A DNA stretch of 64,000 bases from positions 384,001 to 448,000 of the forward strand of contig CAVYES010000004.1 of assembly GCA_963767735.1 (NCBI GenBank), written 5' to 3'. Numbering within the stretch: the first letter of the stretch is position 1; each line of letters opens with the position of its first letter. Shown piece after piece: positions 39,571-49,416 of the stretch. Below the pieces are notes generated by a model that saw nothing but the letters and a program-made list of their open reading frames with translations, searched no databases and was not told the origin of the DNA. The position numbers were made by a program, and so were the translations under genes. Source of the stretch: Candidatus Bathyarchaeota archaeon. Lineage in GTDB: Archaea; Thermoproteota; Bathyarchaeia; Bathyarchaeales; Bathycorpusculaceae.

Positions 39571-39815
39571 TTGCTTTCCTCGTAGAGTTTCTTCTCAAAC
39601 TCTTTCCAGCTTCCTATTGATTCTACGCCTAAATCGACCTTGTCAAAGCGCGCGGTCAAATCCACCCGACGCTTAGGAACCAATTTTAGATACCCCTTTC
39701 TTTTGATGACGTAAAGCTCTCTGCTTTCTCCAACTTCAGCTTCCCGCCAATCTGCTGGCAAAATAATGCGCCCCTGAGAATCCACTTTTTTGACTTCAAC
39801 ACCAGATTCCGTCAT
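39567..39815 (-). CDS. vapB: AbrB-family antitoxin (VapB)
   Basis: KVDSQGRIILPADWR swapped-hairpin motif; overlaps vapC by 4 nt. Confidence 0.85.
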   Translation of the reverse strand: MTESGVEVKKVDSQGRIILPADWREAEVGESRELYVIKRKGYLKLVPKRRVDLTARFDKVDLGVESIGSWKEFEKKLYEESK

Positions 39816-40049
39816 AATTCACCATAAAACAATATAGTTCTACTATAATAAAGATTTATCCCCAATTTCCCATGTTTCACCCAGCAACCCAAATCTCTGA
39901 AAACTTCCTCTTGTCGAATGAAGTTTTTGGGTGGTGCATCGTTGAGATTTAATCGGTCCAAGTGGTAATATCTAAGTATTTTTAAAGCCACCTATAATCT
40001 ATCAGTTTAACTAAGCGTGTTTTAGCCTTCCGGCTTTGAAATTAATGAT

Positions 40050-41180
40050 TTAGAAAGCCCACAAGCCTTGTGCAAAGAAGATTAGGAAATAGCACATTAC
40101 TGCTCCCGACGCCAGCACGATTGCTATGTTAACGGCTTTTCTGTTTGTAAGTAAGCCAAAGAGCATGAACATGGGAAACATCGCCATTATATACCGAGGA
40201 ACGCTGATCCACCATGAGGTTGAAACGGCAAGTCCCCAAGAAAGAACCATATAAACTATGTAAACTGGACGCAGACGCCGCCAAAAACTAACTCCAACCA
40301 TCAGCAACCCAAATAAGGCGAAGACTAACGGTGCAAGACCAATGGTGACGTTGTCTGGGTAAGACGCATTCCTTGCCCAGCTGTAAGCAGCAGTTAAACC
40401 CGCCTTTGGGTCAAGCCTGTTAAACCAATGTACAGCCTCCACCGTCAGGAATGTAAACGGGCTTCCAGTAACCTGATAGTTTATGCCAAGATAGATGAGG
40501 AAACCTGCCAACGCCAATAACGGCCATAGAATGTTGAGGTCTGTTTTTTTTGGTTTCCAACCTTTTTGGTGAAAATACTCAACTAAAAGCACAGGCAACA
40601 GCAGAAGCCCCTCAATTCGCGTTAGTGCTGCCAAAAAGCTGATTAAGCCTGCGAACTGCCATTTGCCCAGTCGCGCATAGTAAATGCTGGCGATCAATAG
40701 GGCAAAGAATAGTCCTTCAGTGTAAGGCGCTGAGAGAAAGTATGCCGTGGGAAAAACGCTGAGGAAAAGGACAGCTTTTATGGCTACTTTATCGTTGAAT
40801 TCAAGTTTTGCCAGCTTGTAGAGGTATAAGAAGGCTGCTAGGCTGGAAACGTTTGAGATTATCAGCGCGGAGACGCTGGCGTAGTTAAAATCAACTGTGA
40901 ACAAGCGAATAAGTGCAGGGTATAAGGGGAAAAAAACGATAAAGTTCGCGGCATCCCCAGTGTTAACATACCCGTTTTCTGCGATGGAAACGTAATGCGG
41001 AGCGTCCCAGTGATAGAACATGTTCATAATGATTGTCAAGGGTGAGGCAGGTCCATTGGTCAAGTAAGCTACGGCATAACCGATTGTTAAAACTAGAATT
41101 TTCGCTAATACCACGATGAGGATTGCTAATTTTACTGAACGCGGAATTTTCTGAATCAGGGCTTTAATGTTGAGGCTCAC
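40050..41180 (-). CDS. PIG-V-like GT-C mannosyltransferase
   Basis: WDAPHY..IAENGY, FFPLYP, YTEGLF, ALTR and PRY motifs. Confidence 0.85.
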   Translation of the reverse strand: MSLNIKALIQKIPRSVKLAILIVVLAKILVLTIGYAVAYLTNGPASPLTIIMNMFYHWDAPHYVSIAENGYVNTGDAANFIVFFPLYPALIRLFTVDFNYASVSALIISNVSSLAAFLYLYKLAKLEFNDKVAIKAVLFLSVFPTAYFLSAPYTEGLFFALLIASIYYARLGKWQFAGLISFLAALTRIEGLLLLPVLLVEYFHQKGWKPKKTDLNILWPLLALAGFLIYLGINYQVTGSPFTFLTVEAVHWFNRLDPKAGLTAAYSWARNASYPDNVTIGLAPLVFALFGLLMVGVSFWRRLRPVYIVYMVLSWGLAVSTSWWISVPRYIMAMFPMFMLFGLLTNRKAVNIAIVLASGAVMCYFLIFFAQGLWAF

Positions 41181-41320
41181 TGCTTTTTTCCTTCAGCACT
41201 TAAGATTAATTTTTCTATTTGAATAGTAATGCCCATTTGTTAATTTTTCTTTTTTGGTGTCACGAACAGTTTATATCAAACATAATTCAGACTAATAATG
41301 GTTAAAAGAGGAGTAAAAAA

Positions 41321-41653
41321 ATGAGTACTGAACCATTTCATGTAACAGATGCCAATTTTGAAGAAACAATCAAGAAAAACAAAATGGTTTTTGTTGATTT
41401 CTGGGCTAACTGGTGTGGACCATGCCGAGCTTTGGCTCCAACAGTTGTGGAATTAGCAAAAGAGTACAGCGGAAAAGTCGTAGTCGGCAAACTTGATGTT
41501 GACGAGAACCCCGCGACGGCCGAGCGCTTTCAAGTTTTCAGCATACCCACCATGATAATTTTCAAAAACGGCTCCGAAGCTGAAAGACTTGTGGGTTTAT
41601 GCCCAAAAAACAAGATAGCTGACACGCTGAAGAAACATTCAGAGCAGCCTTAA
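41321..41653 (+). CDS. trxA: thioredoxin
   Basis: VDFWANWCGPC and SIPT motifs. Confidence 0.96.
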   Translation: MSTEPFHVTDANFEETIKKNKMVFVDFWANWCGPCRALAPTVVELAKEYSGKVVVGKLDVDENPATAERFQVFSIPTMIIFKNGSEAERLVGLCPKNKIADTLKKHSEQP

Positions 41654-42288
41654 GCACTTTTCATTTTTTCATACATTTTCTCAAAAGTCCAGCGGATGCT
41701 TGACTTCAGCTCTTTGAGCCGTTCCTCATCCACGTTTCTGATCATTATTTCTTTTATCAAGTCTCCCTCTCGGAAAATGTTGTATGAGAACATTTTGTCT
41801 GCTGGCAACTGTTTTGTCCTAACCAGTTCGCTGTCTTTCTCCTCCATTTTAGCAAAGACTTTTTCAACGAGGAAATTGGTGAAAGGTGGCGTGTTTACGC
41901 TGAAGTTTTTGCTTTCATCAGGCATCACATGCATGCCCTGCTTATCAAAAATAATCAGCGCCAACGGTTCATCAGCCATAGTTTTCAGGGGTATAACGGT
42001 TTCTTGTTCAAGCATATGCTGGGCGACAGGTTTTGAGGCTTCAGAGGAGTGAACAACAACTTTTGGGGGTTCAGGCTCTTGTTTTGGCAAAACAACCTCT
42101 TTAGGCACAGGCGCCTCAGAAATTTCTTTAATGTCTCCGCGCCTAAAGCCCTTCTCAAGCAAAATGGCATTAACCGTATCCAAGGCAGCTTGAACCTCCT
42201 TAGATTCAGCAGTTAATTTTTCCAGTTGCTCTTCCATCCGCTTTTTGAATGCGATAAGTGATTTTATTTTTTCCTGATCTTGAGCCAA
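41650..42288 (-). CDS. hypothetical protein with N-terminal coiled coil
   Basis: 212-aa ORF co-oriented downstream of lig. Confidence 0.7.
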   Translation of the reverse strand: MAQDQEKIKSLIAFKKRMEEQLEKLTAESKEVQAALDTVNAILLEKGFRRGDIKEISEAPVPKEVVLPKQEPEPPKVVVHSSEASKPVAQHMLEQETVIPLKTMADEPLALIIFDKQGMHVMPDESKNFSVNTPPFTNFLVEKVFAKMEEKDSELVRTKQLPADKMFSYNIFREGDLIKEIMIRNVDEERLKELKSSIRWTFEKMYEKMKSA

Positions 42289-42347
42289 CGTAGTTCACGC
42301 ACACTGAGTATTTTAGCGGTTGCTGCTTATCAGTTTTAGCTTTTTTT

Positions 42348-44120
42348 TTATGCCTGCGGAGACTCGCTGATCTTTTTGAGTTGGGCACGATACATTTCCA
42401 CTATTTCTTTTGATGTTGTAGCGTCTTCTGGGCTTTTGTCGGTTCTGTATTTGCCCGTGAAGCGTGGAAAGCGAATCGCCAAGCCTGCTCCTTTGCGTAT
42501 TGAATTCATGGCGCACATGTGAATGGGGCTCAGGGTGATTTCAGCACCTAAAATATCGAGCACCAGGCTTGGTTCAAACCAAACGTCCGCCTCCAACATT
42601 GACTGGACACGGGAGTTTTTGCGGGGGATCACGTGTTTCTGTAGCGTTTCATGAAGCGTGGCTAAGTCTTTGTCTGTGAAGCCAGTGCCGCATTTGGTAA
42701 CTGTTTCAAAGGTGTCTCCTTCAGCGTTGTAGGTGGCTAAAAGCAAAGCGCCGTATGCTCCTGCCCGTTTTCCTCTGCCGTGAAAAGCGCCTACCACGAC
42801 AAGGTCCACGGTGTCTGTCATTTCGCTTTTGTAGTCGCGTTTGTATTTTATCCAAAGCCAACCTCGGCTGCCTGCCTGGTAAACTGAGTCTTTGGCGACG
42901 GATTTACACATTAAACCTTCGCAGCCCTCCGCTATGGCTTCCTCAAAGAAGTCCTCAAGTTCTTTTGGGTTTTTGACTAGTTTTTGAATGGCGGGCGTTA
43001 CGCGGTCGGTTTTCTTGATTATTTTTTCAAGCTCTTTACGTCTGAGTGGCAGGGGTTCAAGGGTTAAGTCTCTGCCGTTAACATAGAGTAAGTCGAAGGG
43101 GAAAAGCGAAATCGGGTACTGCTCTATAGCTGCTTCCACGCCGTATTTGCGTCTGCGATGCATCAGCTCCTGAAATGGGCGCATATCACCCGTTTCCAAA
43201 TCCATCGCCACACATTCAGCTTCCAAAATCGCTTCTTTTGCATCTATTTTTTCTTTAATTAATTCAACCACGTCAGGATACTGACTAGAAATGTTCTCTA
43301 AACGCCGGGAAAACAGCATCACTTTGCTATCTTTCTTATGAGCCTGCACACGTTCCCCATCATACTTGTATTCAGCTGCGCATTTGCCGCCGAATTTATC
43401 TAAAATCTCTTCAGGCGAAGCTAACCGCTCTGCCAGCATGGGTCTAATAGGCTCAAAAACCACAACTTGAAACCCTTTAATTCCATCCAAACCCTTCTCC
43501 ACAACCACGTCCGCGACTCTGCCCAAATCAGAAGAAATGCTGTAGGCACGTTCAACGAGTTCTCGGGCTTCTTTTCCGCCGCCGTACGCTATTGCTAACG
43601 CGTCAAGAACCGTCATGTCCGCGATGCCTAGCCGCAGGTTGCTTGTTACGGTGCGGATTATCCATTTTGCCTCCTTTGGCGACGCGTCAGTTAAAAGACT
43701 GCAGAGAAGCGTCATTTTGGTGTCAACCGCGCCGGAACCGGAGGTTTTCGCCATTTTATCAAGCGTTTCATAAACATGCTCAACCGTAAGCTTCTTGGTG
43801 AAGAAAGTGGATTGTTTCCGCTTAGCCAAAAGCTTCTCTGACGTTTCGCCGATGTCTCCGCTCGTTTGCAGCTCAGACAGAATTACGCTTTCACTTTGTC
43901 CAGACGCTCGGGCTAACGCCTTTATCGCCAGTTTTTCGGCTATGCCCATCTCAACGCCCAAGAAGTCCGGATACAATTTGCCCTGGGTCAAATAAACAAC
44001 TTTTGCCATGACGTCTTTAGGCGTTTTCTTGAGCAAGTCAACCAGTAAATCTGTCATTTCTAACCGTTTGGTGGTTGCCTCAATTTTCTCGTATGAGTCA
44101 GCGATTATGTCGTAATTCAT
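42348..44120 (-). CDS. lig: ATP-dependent DNA ligase
   Basis: EYKYDGER, EGLMCK, WIKYKRDY and IRFPRF motifs. Confidence 0.97.
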   Translation of the reverse strand: MNYDIIADSYEKIEATTKRLEMTDLLVDLLKKTPKDVMAKVVYLTQGKLYPDFLGVEMGIAEKLAIKALARASGQSESVILSELQTSGDIGETSEKLLAKRKQSTFFTKKLTVEHVYETLDKMAKTSGSGAVDTKMTLLCSLLTDASPKEAKWIIRTVTSNLRLGIADMTVLDALAIAYGGGKEARELVERAYSISSDLGRVADVVVEKGLDGIKGFQVVVFEPIRPMLAERLASPEEILDKFGGKCAAEYKYDGERVQAHKKDSKVMLFSRRLENISSQYPDVVELIKEKIDAKEAILEAECVAMDLETGDMRPFQELMHRRRKYGVEAAIEQYPISLFPFDLLYVNGRDLTLEPLPLRRKELEKIIKKTDRVTPAIQKLVKNPKELEDFFEEAIAEGCEGLMCKSVAKDSVYQAGSRGWLWIKYKRDYKSEMTDTVDLVVVGAFHGRGKRAGAYGALLLATYNAEGDTFETVTKCGTGFTDKDLATLHETLQKHVIPRKNSRVQSMLEADVWFEPSLVLDILGAEITLSPIHMCAMNSIRKGAGLAIRFPRFTGKYRTDKSPEDATTSKEIVEMYRAQLKKISESPQA

Positions 44121-44179
44121 ATTTTCCGCTCAAAAGAAATACTGATTACAGAACTTATTAAATTAACATTTGTGAGCGT

Positions 44180-44590
44180 TTAGCTTTTGTTCAAATAGTC
44201 TTTTATCATTTTGTCATGTTCAAACGCCAATGGGTAAGGCAGTTCTTTTAGGCTGAACAGCTGGATTTCTTGGATTTCACTTTCCTGCCGTTTTATTTCT
44301 CCGCCCACTGTTTTAACAAGGAAACATGTGGGGTAATATTCGTACTCGACGTCATCCTTCACTCCCTTCTCAACGTACTCGCCTATTTTCCGAGCTATGG
44401 CTACGTCAAGGCCTGTTTCCTCTTTAATCTCGCGGACAACGGTTTGTTCAACGGTTTCGCCAGGATCCATTCTGCCGCCCGGCAAAGCCCAGTAACCTTT
44501 GAAGGGGACCGTATCCCTTTTAACAAGCAAAATACGGTTCGAAGGAAACGGTATTATTGCAGTCGCGGTTTTGCCCGTGTATTTTTTCAT
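44180..44590 (-). CDS. NUDIX hydrolase
   Basis: LPGGRMDPGETVEQTVVREIKEETG Nudix box. Confidence 0.93.
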   Translation of the reverse strand: MKKYTGKTATAIIPFPSNRILLVKRDTVPFKGYWALPGGRMDPGETVEQTVVREIKEETGLDVAIARKIGEYVEKGVKDDVEYEYYPTCFLVKTVGGEIKRQESEIQEIQLFSLKELPYPLAFEHDKMIKDYLNKS

Positions 44591-44684
44591 ATTTCACGCC
44601 AACTAAACTGTTAATTAATCTTTTATGCAATCGTGAGGAACGCAATAAGTTTTTTTAAAAGAAAGGGTCATTTTTTACTAAGCG

Positions 44685-46310
44685 TTAAGCCAAGCTGCTG
44701 GTTAATGCTTGGTATTCTTTGTCTGAAAGCAGCCCTTCTTGTTTTAGGTAAATTAAGCCTTTAGCTATATTATAACGGACAGATTCTGCGTTAAGGAGAT
44801 TGTTTTTTTCACCTAAATCTTGAATTTCGTTATCTAACAAGCTGTCTTGTTTAGCAAGCAGCTGGACTTTGTCAATTAAGTCTGTTATTTCTTTGAACCG
44901 CGGAATAAACAGCTCTTTGATTTTTGACTTTCCGAACGCTCCCCTGAGTTTGACAGCGAAACCGATGGAGCTTGTTATGGAGGGCGGCAGAAAAATGTAC
45001 CGTTTATTTAATCCTGCTTGATAGCAAGCCACATAAAAAGGTACATAAAATAACGCTGGGCTCTTCAACTGGGGTTCCCTAATTCCTAGCATTTCAAACT
45101 TGGCGTTAACTGCTTCGCCCACTTTGATAACGCTATTAAGACCTTCTATTACAGGTTTTTCTTGTTTAAGCAATTTTTCGGTTTTCTGTTTAACAACAAG
45201 CACTTTAGCGCCGCGGGCTGCTTCAAGGTCAAGCAATGGCTGGCGCGCTAATTTAATTTCAGTTTCAAGTTCAAGTTTTAATTCGGATGTTTTTTTGGTT
45301 TTTTGTATGTTTAGGTTTTTGATGCTGTTTTCTAGCCGTTTTAGTTCTTTCTTTAGTCCATCCAGTTCTTTTTTGGTTTGACGGCTTTTTTCTTTCCATG
45401 ATTTTTCATAAATTAAATGGTTCTTTTGAGCTTGAGTTTTTGCTTCTCGATTGTAAAGCCTGATTTTTTCTTCGTTGTCGCCTATGAATTTTATTGTTTT
45501 TGCTTTCAGTTTTTCAAGGCTTTCAAGTTCTTCATCAAAGCTTCTGGTCACCTTTGCTATTTGATGTTTGTATTCGCTGTTTAGTTTGGTGATTTGGGGT
45601 TTTACAAATTCTTCTTGAGCTTTGATTTTAGCGTTCGCCTCGTCCCTTACTGCTTCTGCTTCATAATCCAGTTCCGTCATATATTGGCTGGTTGTTTTGT
45701 TGACAAGTCGTAGGCACTCTGAAAGCCTCTGAGAGTCTTCCCTGAGGGCCGATTGTAACTTTCCAATTTCAGTTACCATAGACGAAATCGTTGCTTCTTC
45801 CAACATGGGCGTAAGAGGCGCTAACTTTGCAGGTTGAGCGGTTACGTCCACGGCTTCTTTGCGGTAAACGCCGAATTCTTTTTTAAAATCCGCACCTGCG
45901 ATTAAGCCTCGCATTATGAATTCTTTCTCTTTCTTGGTCTGAAGAAAATAATTGCCATGGTCAGACAGAAAAGCCATGTAGTCTTCATTTGTTTTCGAGT
46001 TTTTCTCAAGGCTCTCCATGAAAGGTTTAGCGGGAGGCAATTCAAAATAAACCACGCTGAGCGTAGAATCGTTTAATCCATCAAAGATGAATGCGGTTTC
46101 GTTGCTGGGATACAGCCACAGTGGATAACCTATTTTGGCTATGAAAAGAAGTTTTTCTTCAGGCTGCTTTACGATTAAGCCGCCGCCTTTAGATCTCTCA
46201 AGCTCTGAAACCGCATAAACGGTTGCTGCCTCAACATCAAACCTAAAGGCATCCCTACTTTTCCATGGTGAAAAGGGCAAAATGAACCGTTTAACTGCAG
46301 CGTTTAACAT
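44685..46310 (-). CDS. long coiled-coil hypothetical protein
   Basis: 541-aa ORF with a K/E-rich heptad centre and globular ends. Confidence 0.75.
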   Translation of the reverse strand: MLNAAVKRFILPFSPWKSRDAFRFDVEAATVYAVSELERSKGGGLIVKQPEEKLLFIAKIGYPLWLYPSNETAFIFDGLNDSTLSVVYFELPPAKPFMESLEKNSKTNEDYMAFLSDHGNYFLQTKKEKEFIMRGLIAGADFKKEFGVYRKEAVDVTAQPAKLAPLTPMLEEATISSMVTEIGKLQSALREDSQRLSECLRLVNKTTSQYMTELDYEAEAVRDEANAKIKAQEEFVKPQITKLNSEYKHQIAKVTRSFDEELESLEKLKAKTIKFIGDNEEKIRLYNREAKTQAQKNHLIYEKSWKEKSRQTKKELDGLKKELKRLENSIKNLNIQKTKKTSELKLELETEIKLARQPLLDLEAARGAKVLVVKQKTEKLLKQEKPVIEGLNSVIKVGEAVNAKFEMLGIREPQLKSPALFYVPFYVACYQAGLNKRYIFLPPSITSSIGFAVKLRGAFGKSKIKELFIPRFKEITDLIDKVQLLAKQDSLLDNEIQDLGEKNNLLNAESVRYNIAKGLIYLKQEGLLSDKEYQALTSSLA

Positions 46311-46359
46311 GAGCGTCAGTTCAGAGTATAAGAAGTTGCTTTTTAAAATTATTGCCTAC

Positions 46360-47700
46360 TTAACCTCGAAAGAAGTCTGATATTTTCTTTTGGAACAGCG
46401 CCCGCTTTAACAGTTCACTTTGCAGTATCCATCTTTGAATCGGAATCTCGAATCGTCCACCGATGAACTGCAGGGATTCAGCGAGACTTTTGAAAAGATA
46501 AGGTTTTTGCCGCATCGCGTTTCTCACATTTTCTCTTACTTGCCAGACGCCGATGGGCATTATGTATCCTGGTCTTGCTTCCCTTAGTACAACGGCGGTA
46601 GCTTGACGCTGCTCCTTGACTAATTGCTCGCAAACAGCCAGACGAGCTGAGTAGTAGCAGCCGCCTATCTGAGCATAAGTGGTTCTTCCACCGTTGCCTT
46701 CCCAATCAGAAAAAATCGCGATGCTTTTTCCATTAGGATTCCAAACGGTGCCTGGATACCAAGCTTCCATCGACTCGTAACTCCACTGTTGTGGAATCAT
46801 TAAAATCTCAAAAACGTTATCGAGGTAGATTGACTCGTAAACCCTGTACTCGTTGATTTCGGGAAAAGTTTTTACTTTTTCTCTGAGGCTTTTGGAGATG
46901 GTGTCGTCAACTGCTGTTATGCTCCAGCGTGTGGGAACTAAGCGTCTGTTTTTTTCCACTCCGAAAGCGCCGACGCTGAAGGCTTTTTGAATTTTTGTTA
47001 CCATGACGCCTCGATTGTAGAGTTCCAACACTGCGTTTTTAGCCTTCAAATCCGTGTCGTAATACGCCTTCTCTATCTTATCATCGTACCGCGCGTTGCC
47101 GACATGGAGGTCTCGAATGGGCGCTGAAGGACCAAACGGCTGGATATTGTCATCCATGAAAATTGAGCCACGCGGTTTTTTTGTAAGGTTCAATTCGATG
47201 TCTACACAGCTGTCTGCAAGGGCTAACTCGCGTGTTTGATCCAGTATTTTTCCTGCATCCATAAACTTATGCACGTTCACTCGATGTTTCCCACGTACAA
47301 GCATGCTTCGGAAACCAACAATTTCATCCATCGATTTCCCAAACCAATGTTCAGGCAAATCGTAAATGCTTGTATCCTCATGTATGGGGGGAACGAGTGG
47401 ACCCGCATAAACGTTGGGGTAGCCGATTCGTCCGATGAAAACGCTTGGCGGAGACATACCGTTGATGTCTTCACTTGCCATCAGCGGCACACTTTTGAGG
47501 AAATAGTTAACTTTAACCATTATGGGGCAACGGGTTTTGCCGCATAGAAACCTGGCGCCCTTGCACAAGACACATAAGCTGTCTTCTGTGGCTCGGGCAA
47601 CAATTTGGGTATTATCAGATAGGTTGCTGCCTTTTAGAATGTCTTTTAACCAGTTATCAGAAGCACGAATACTTTGAGGAGGTTTCGAAGTAAGAGTCAT
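46360..47700 (-). CDS. nreA: Nre-family DNA repair protein
   Basis: CxxC...LCG...CP N-terminus, SPPSVFIGR.GYP, LVPTRWSITAVD, GVWQVRE, C-terminal PIP box QKKISDFF. Confidence 0.92.
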   Translation of the reverse strand: MTLTSKPPQSIRASDNWLKDILKGSNLSDNTQIVARATEDSLCVLCKGARFLCGKTRCPIMVKVNYFLKSVPLMASEDINGMSPPSVFIGRIGYPNVYAGPLVPPIHEDTSIYDLPEHWFGKSMDEIVGFRSMLVRGKHRVNVHKFMDAGKILDQTRELALADSCVDIELNLTKKPRGSIFMDDNIQPFGPSAPIRDLHVGNARYDDKIEKAYYDTDLKAKNAVLELYNRGVMVTKIQKAFSVGAFGVEKNRRLVPTRWSITAVDDTISKSLREKVKTFPEINEYRVYESIYLDNVFEILMIPQQWSYESMEAWYPGTVWNPNGKSIAIFSDWEGNGGRTTYAQIGGCYYSARLAVCEQLVKEQRQATAVVLREARPGYIMPIGVWQVRENVRNAMRQKPYLFKSLAESLQFIGGRFEIPIQRWILQSELLKRALFQKKISDFFRG

Positions 47701-47784
47701 TTATACTTTCAAGATGATTGCATCAGCTTGATATGTTTTCCGCAAAACTAAGACAAAAAAACTCGCGTTTTCCTGAAGCTATTT

Positions 47785-48363
47785 TCACTTAACACTATTT
47801 AGCAATCGCCACTTTCTTACTGCCCTCCAAATAGGCGGCGGCAACATGAACTTAATAAAATCCGCTGTTCTCCAAAGCCCAAAAAAACCCGGAGGTGCGA
47901 TGCCAGCATCAATAATTTTTAAGTTACCATTCACGCTTCTAATGTTATCGCAGGTTATATCTAGCAACCCGTACTCGTAGGCTAGTGCTCTAAGTTGCAT
48001 CAGGTCTTGTGCTGAAACATCTGTTTCCACACCGTACTCCTGCAAAAGACAATATTTAGTGTGCCAGAAAATCCGTGCAAAATAAACATGCCTTAAGCTT
48101 GAGGGCATCTGCTTGTACGCTTTATGGTCCAGTTCTATTGCTTCGGATTTCCCAACCTTTAACACCAAATCATGGCTCTTATGCCTTAAACAGAAAACTA
48201 GCTTATGCAAACCAAAATTGCTCACCCGAGCGTCAGGAAAAATCGTTAACCCAATTTGCTCCAGATTTCTCATCGGGACAAAACTGCTATTTTCTTTTTT
48301 TATGTAGTCATCTATTGAATCGTCTAGAAGCTTCGCATTTTCATCCAATGATTTGAATTTCAC
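47785..48363 (-). CDS. minimal protein-kinase-like fold protein
   Basis: LVLKV, LQEY, DITCDNI (DxxxxN) and IIDAG in canonical order. Confidence 0.55.
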   Translation of the reverse strand: MKFKSLDENAKLLDDSIDDYIKKENSSFVPMRNLEQIGLTIFPDARVSNFGLHKLVFCLRHKSHDLVLKVGKSEAIELDHKAYKQMPSSLRHVYFARIFWHTKYCLLQEYGVETDVSAQDLMQLRALAYEYGLLDITCDNIRSVNGNLKIIDAGIAPPGFFGLWRTADFIKFMLPPPIWRAVRKWRLLNSVK

Positions 48364-48601
48364 ATGTAAAGAACAGTCTTTTCAGGTAGTTTTAGATTTG
48401 TGACTGCCCAAACACAGCAACAATAGTCAAATCTGCAACCTTTTAGGAACTTTTACTTGGCTGCAGCGCACGAAATGCGCAAAACATTTAATTGCAAATT
48501 GGAAAGCTTCATTGACTCTTCGCTATTGAATGACTAGAGAACCAATAACAAAAATCTTATAATGCTTTAGCTCTAAAGAACTAGACGGTGCTAATATTCA
48601 C

Positions 48602-49315
48602 ATGAATAGATTTCGTGTGGTAGCCGCATTGGTTTGCATAATTTTTCTTTTCAGTTTATTTTTGATTCCGTTTGCGAACGCTGACTGGAACATGTTCCTC
48701 TCAGATCCTTCCCACAGCGGCGCAGGAACAGGCAAACCGATACTTACTCCTACACTGCTCTGGAATTACACTACTGGCAACATGGTTGCGTCATCTCCTG
48801 CTATCGTAAAAGGAGTAGTCTACATCGGCTCCGATGACAACAACCTTTATGCTTTCAACGCGGCAACAGGCGCAAAAATCTGGAACTACACTACCAGCCT
48901 CTACGTTGGGGCCTCTCCTGCTGTTGTCGACGGAATCGTCTACATAGGTTCCTATGACCACAACATTTATGCTTTGAACGCCACTAACGGCGCAAAAATC
49001 TGGAACTACACCACCAACGGCCAAGTTGCTTCGTCTCCAGCCGTCGTCAACGGCGTACTCTACATAGGGTCCTTTGACGGCAACATTTATGCTTTGGGTT
49101 CACCTACGCTGCCTCCTTCGTCCACGTCATCTGAAACTTTGTTCATTGCAATCGGGGTTGTAGTAGCCGTCGTTATTGTTGCTGCAGTGGTTTTCTTAAT
49201 GTTCAAAAAGAGATTGAAGACTAAGCTGACAAATTCGCCGTCTCAAACCCATAACTCTACTTCTGATTCCTGTCCAAATATCCTAAAAGTAGCTCTTGAA
49301 TTGGCAGCCAGATAG
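48602..49315 (+). CDS. short PQQ-type repeat membrane-anchored protein (3 repeats)
   Basis: DWNMFLSDPSHSG leader, three repeats, C-terminal TM. Confidence 0.85.
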   Translation: MNRFRVVAALVCIIFLFSLFLIPFANADWNMFLSDPSHSGAGTGKPILTPTLLWNYTTGNMVASSPAIVKGVVYIGSDDNNLYAFNAATGAKIWNYTTSLYVGASPAVVDGIVYIGSYDHNIYALNATNGAKIWNYTTNGQVASSPAVVNGVLYIGSFDGNIYALGSPTLPPSSTSSETLFIAIGVVVAVVIVAAVVFLMFKKRLKTKLTNSPSQTHNSTSDSCPNILKVALELAAR

Positions 49316-49416
49316 TAGTTGCAGTAATGTGCTGCTTTTTTTGTGGGCAGCGTCGTCTATGTCGGCTTTATGAATTCAGCGTTTTTGCTTTGGTGCTTCA
49401 CTGTTTCTTGTCAAAA

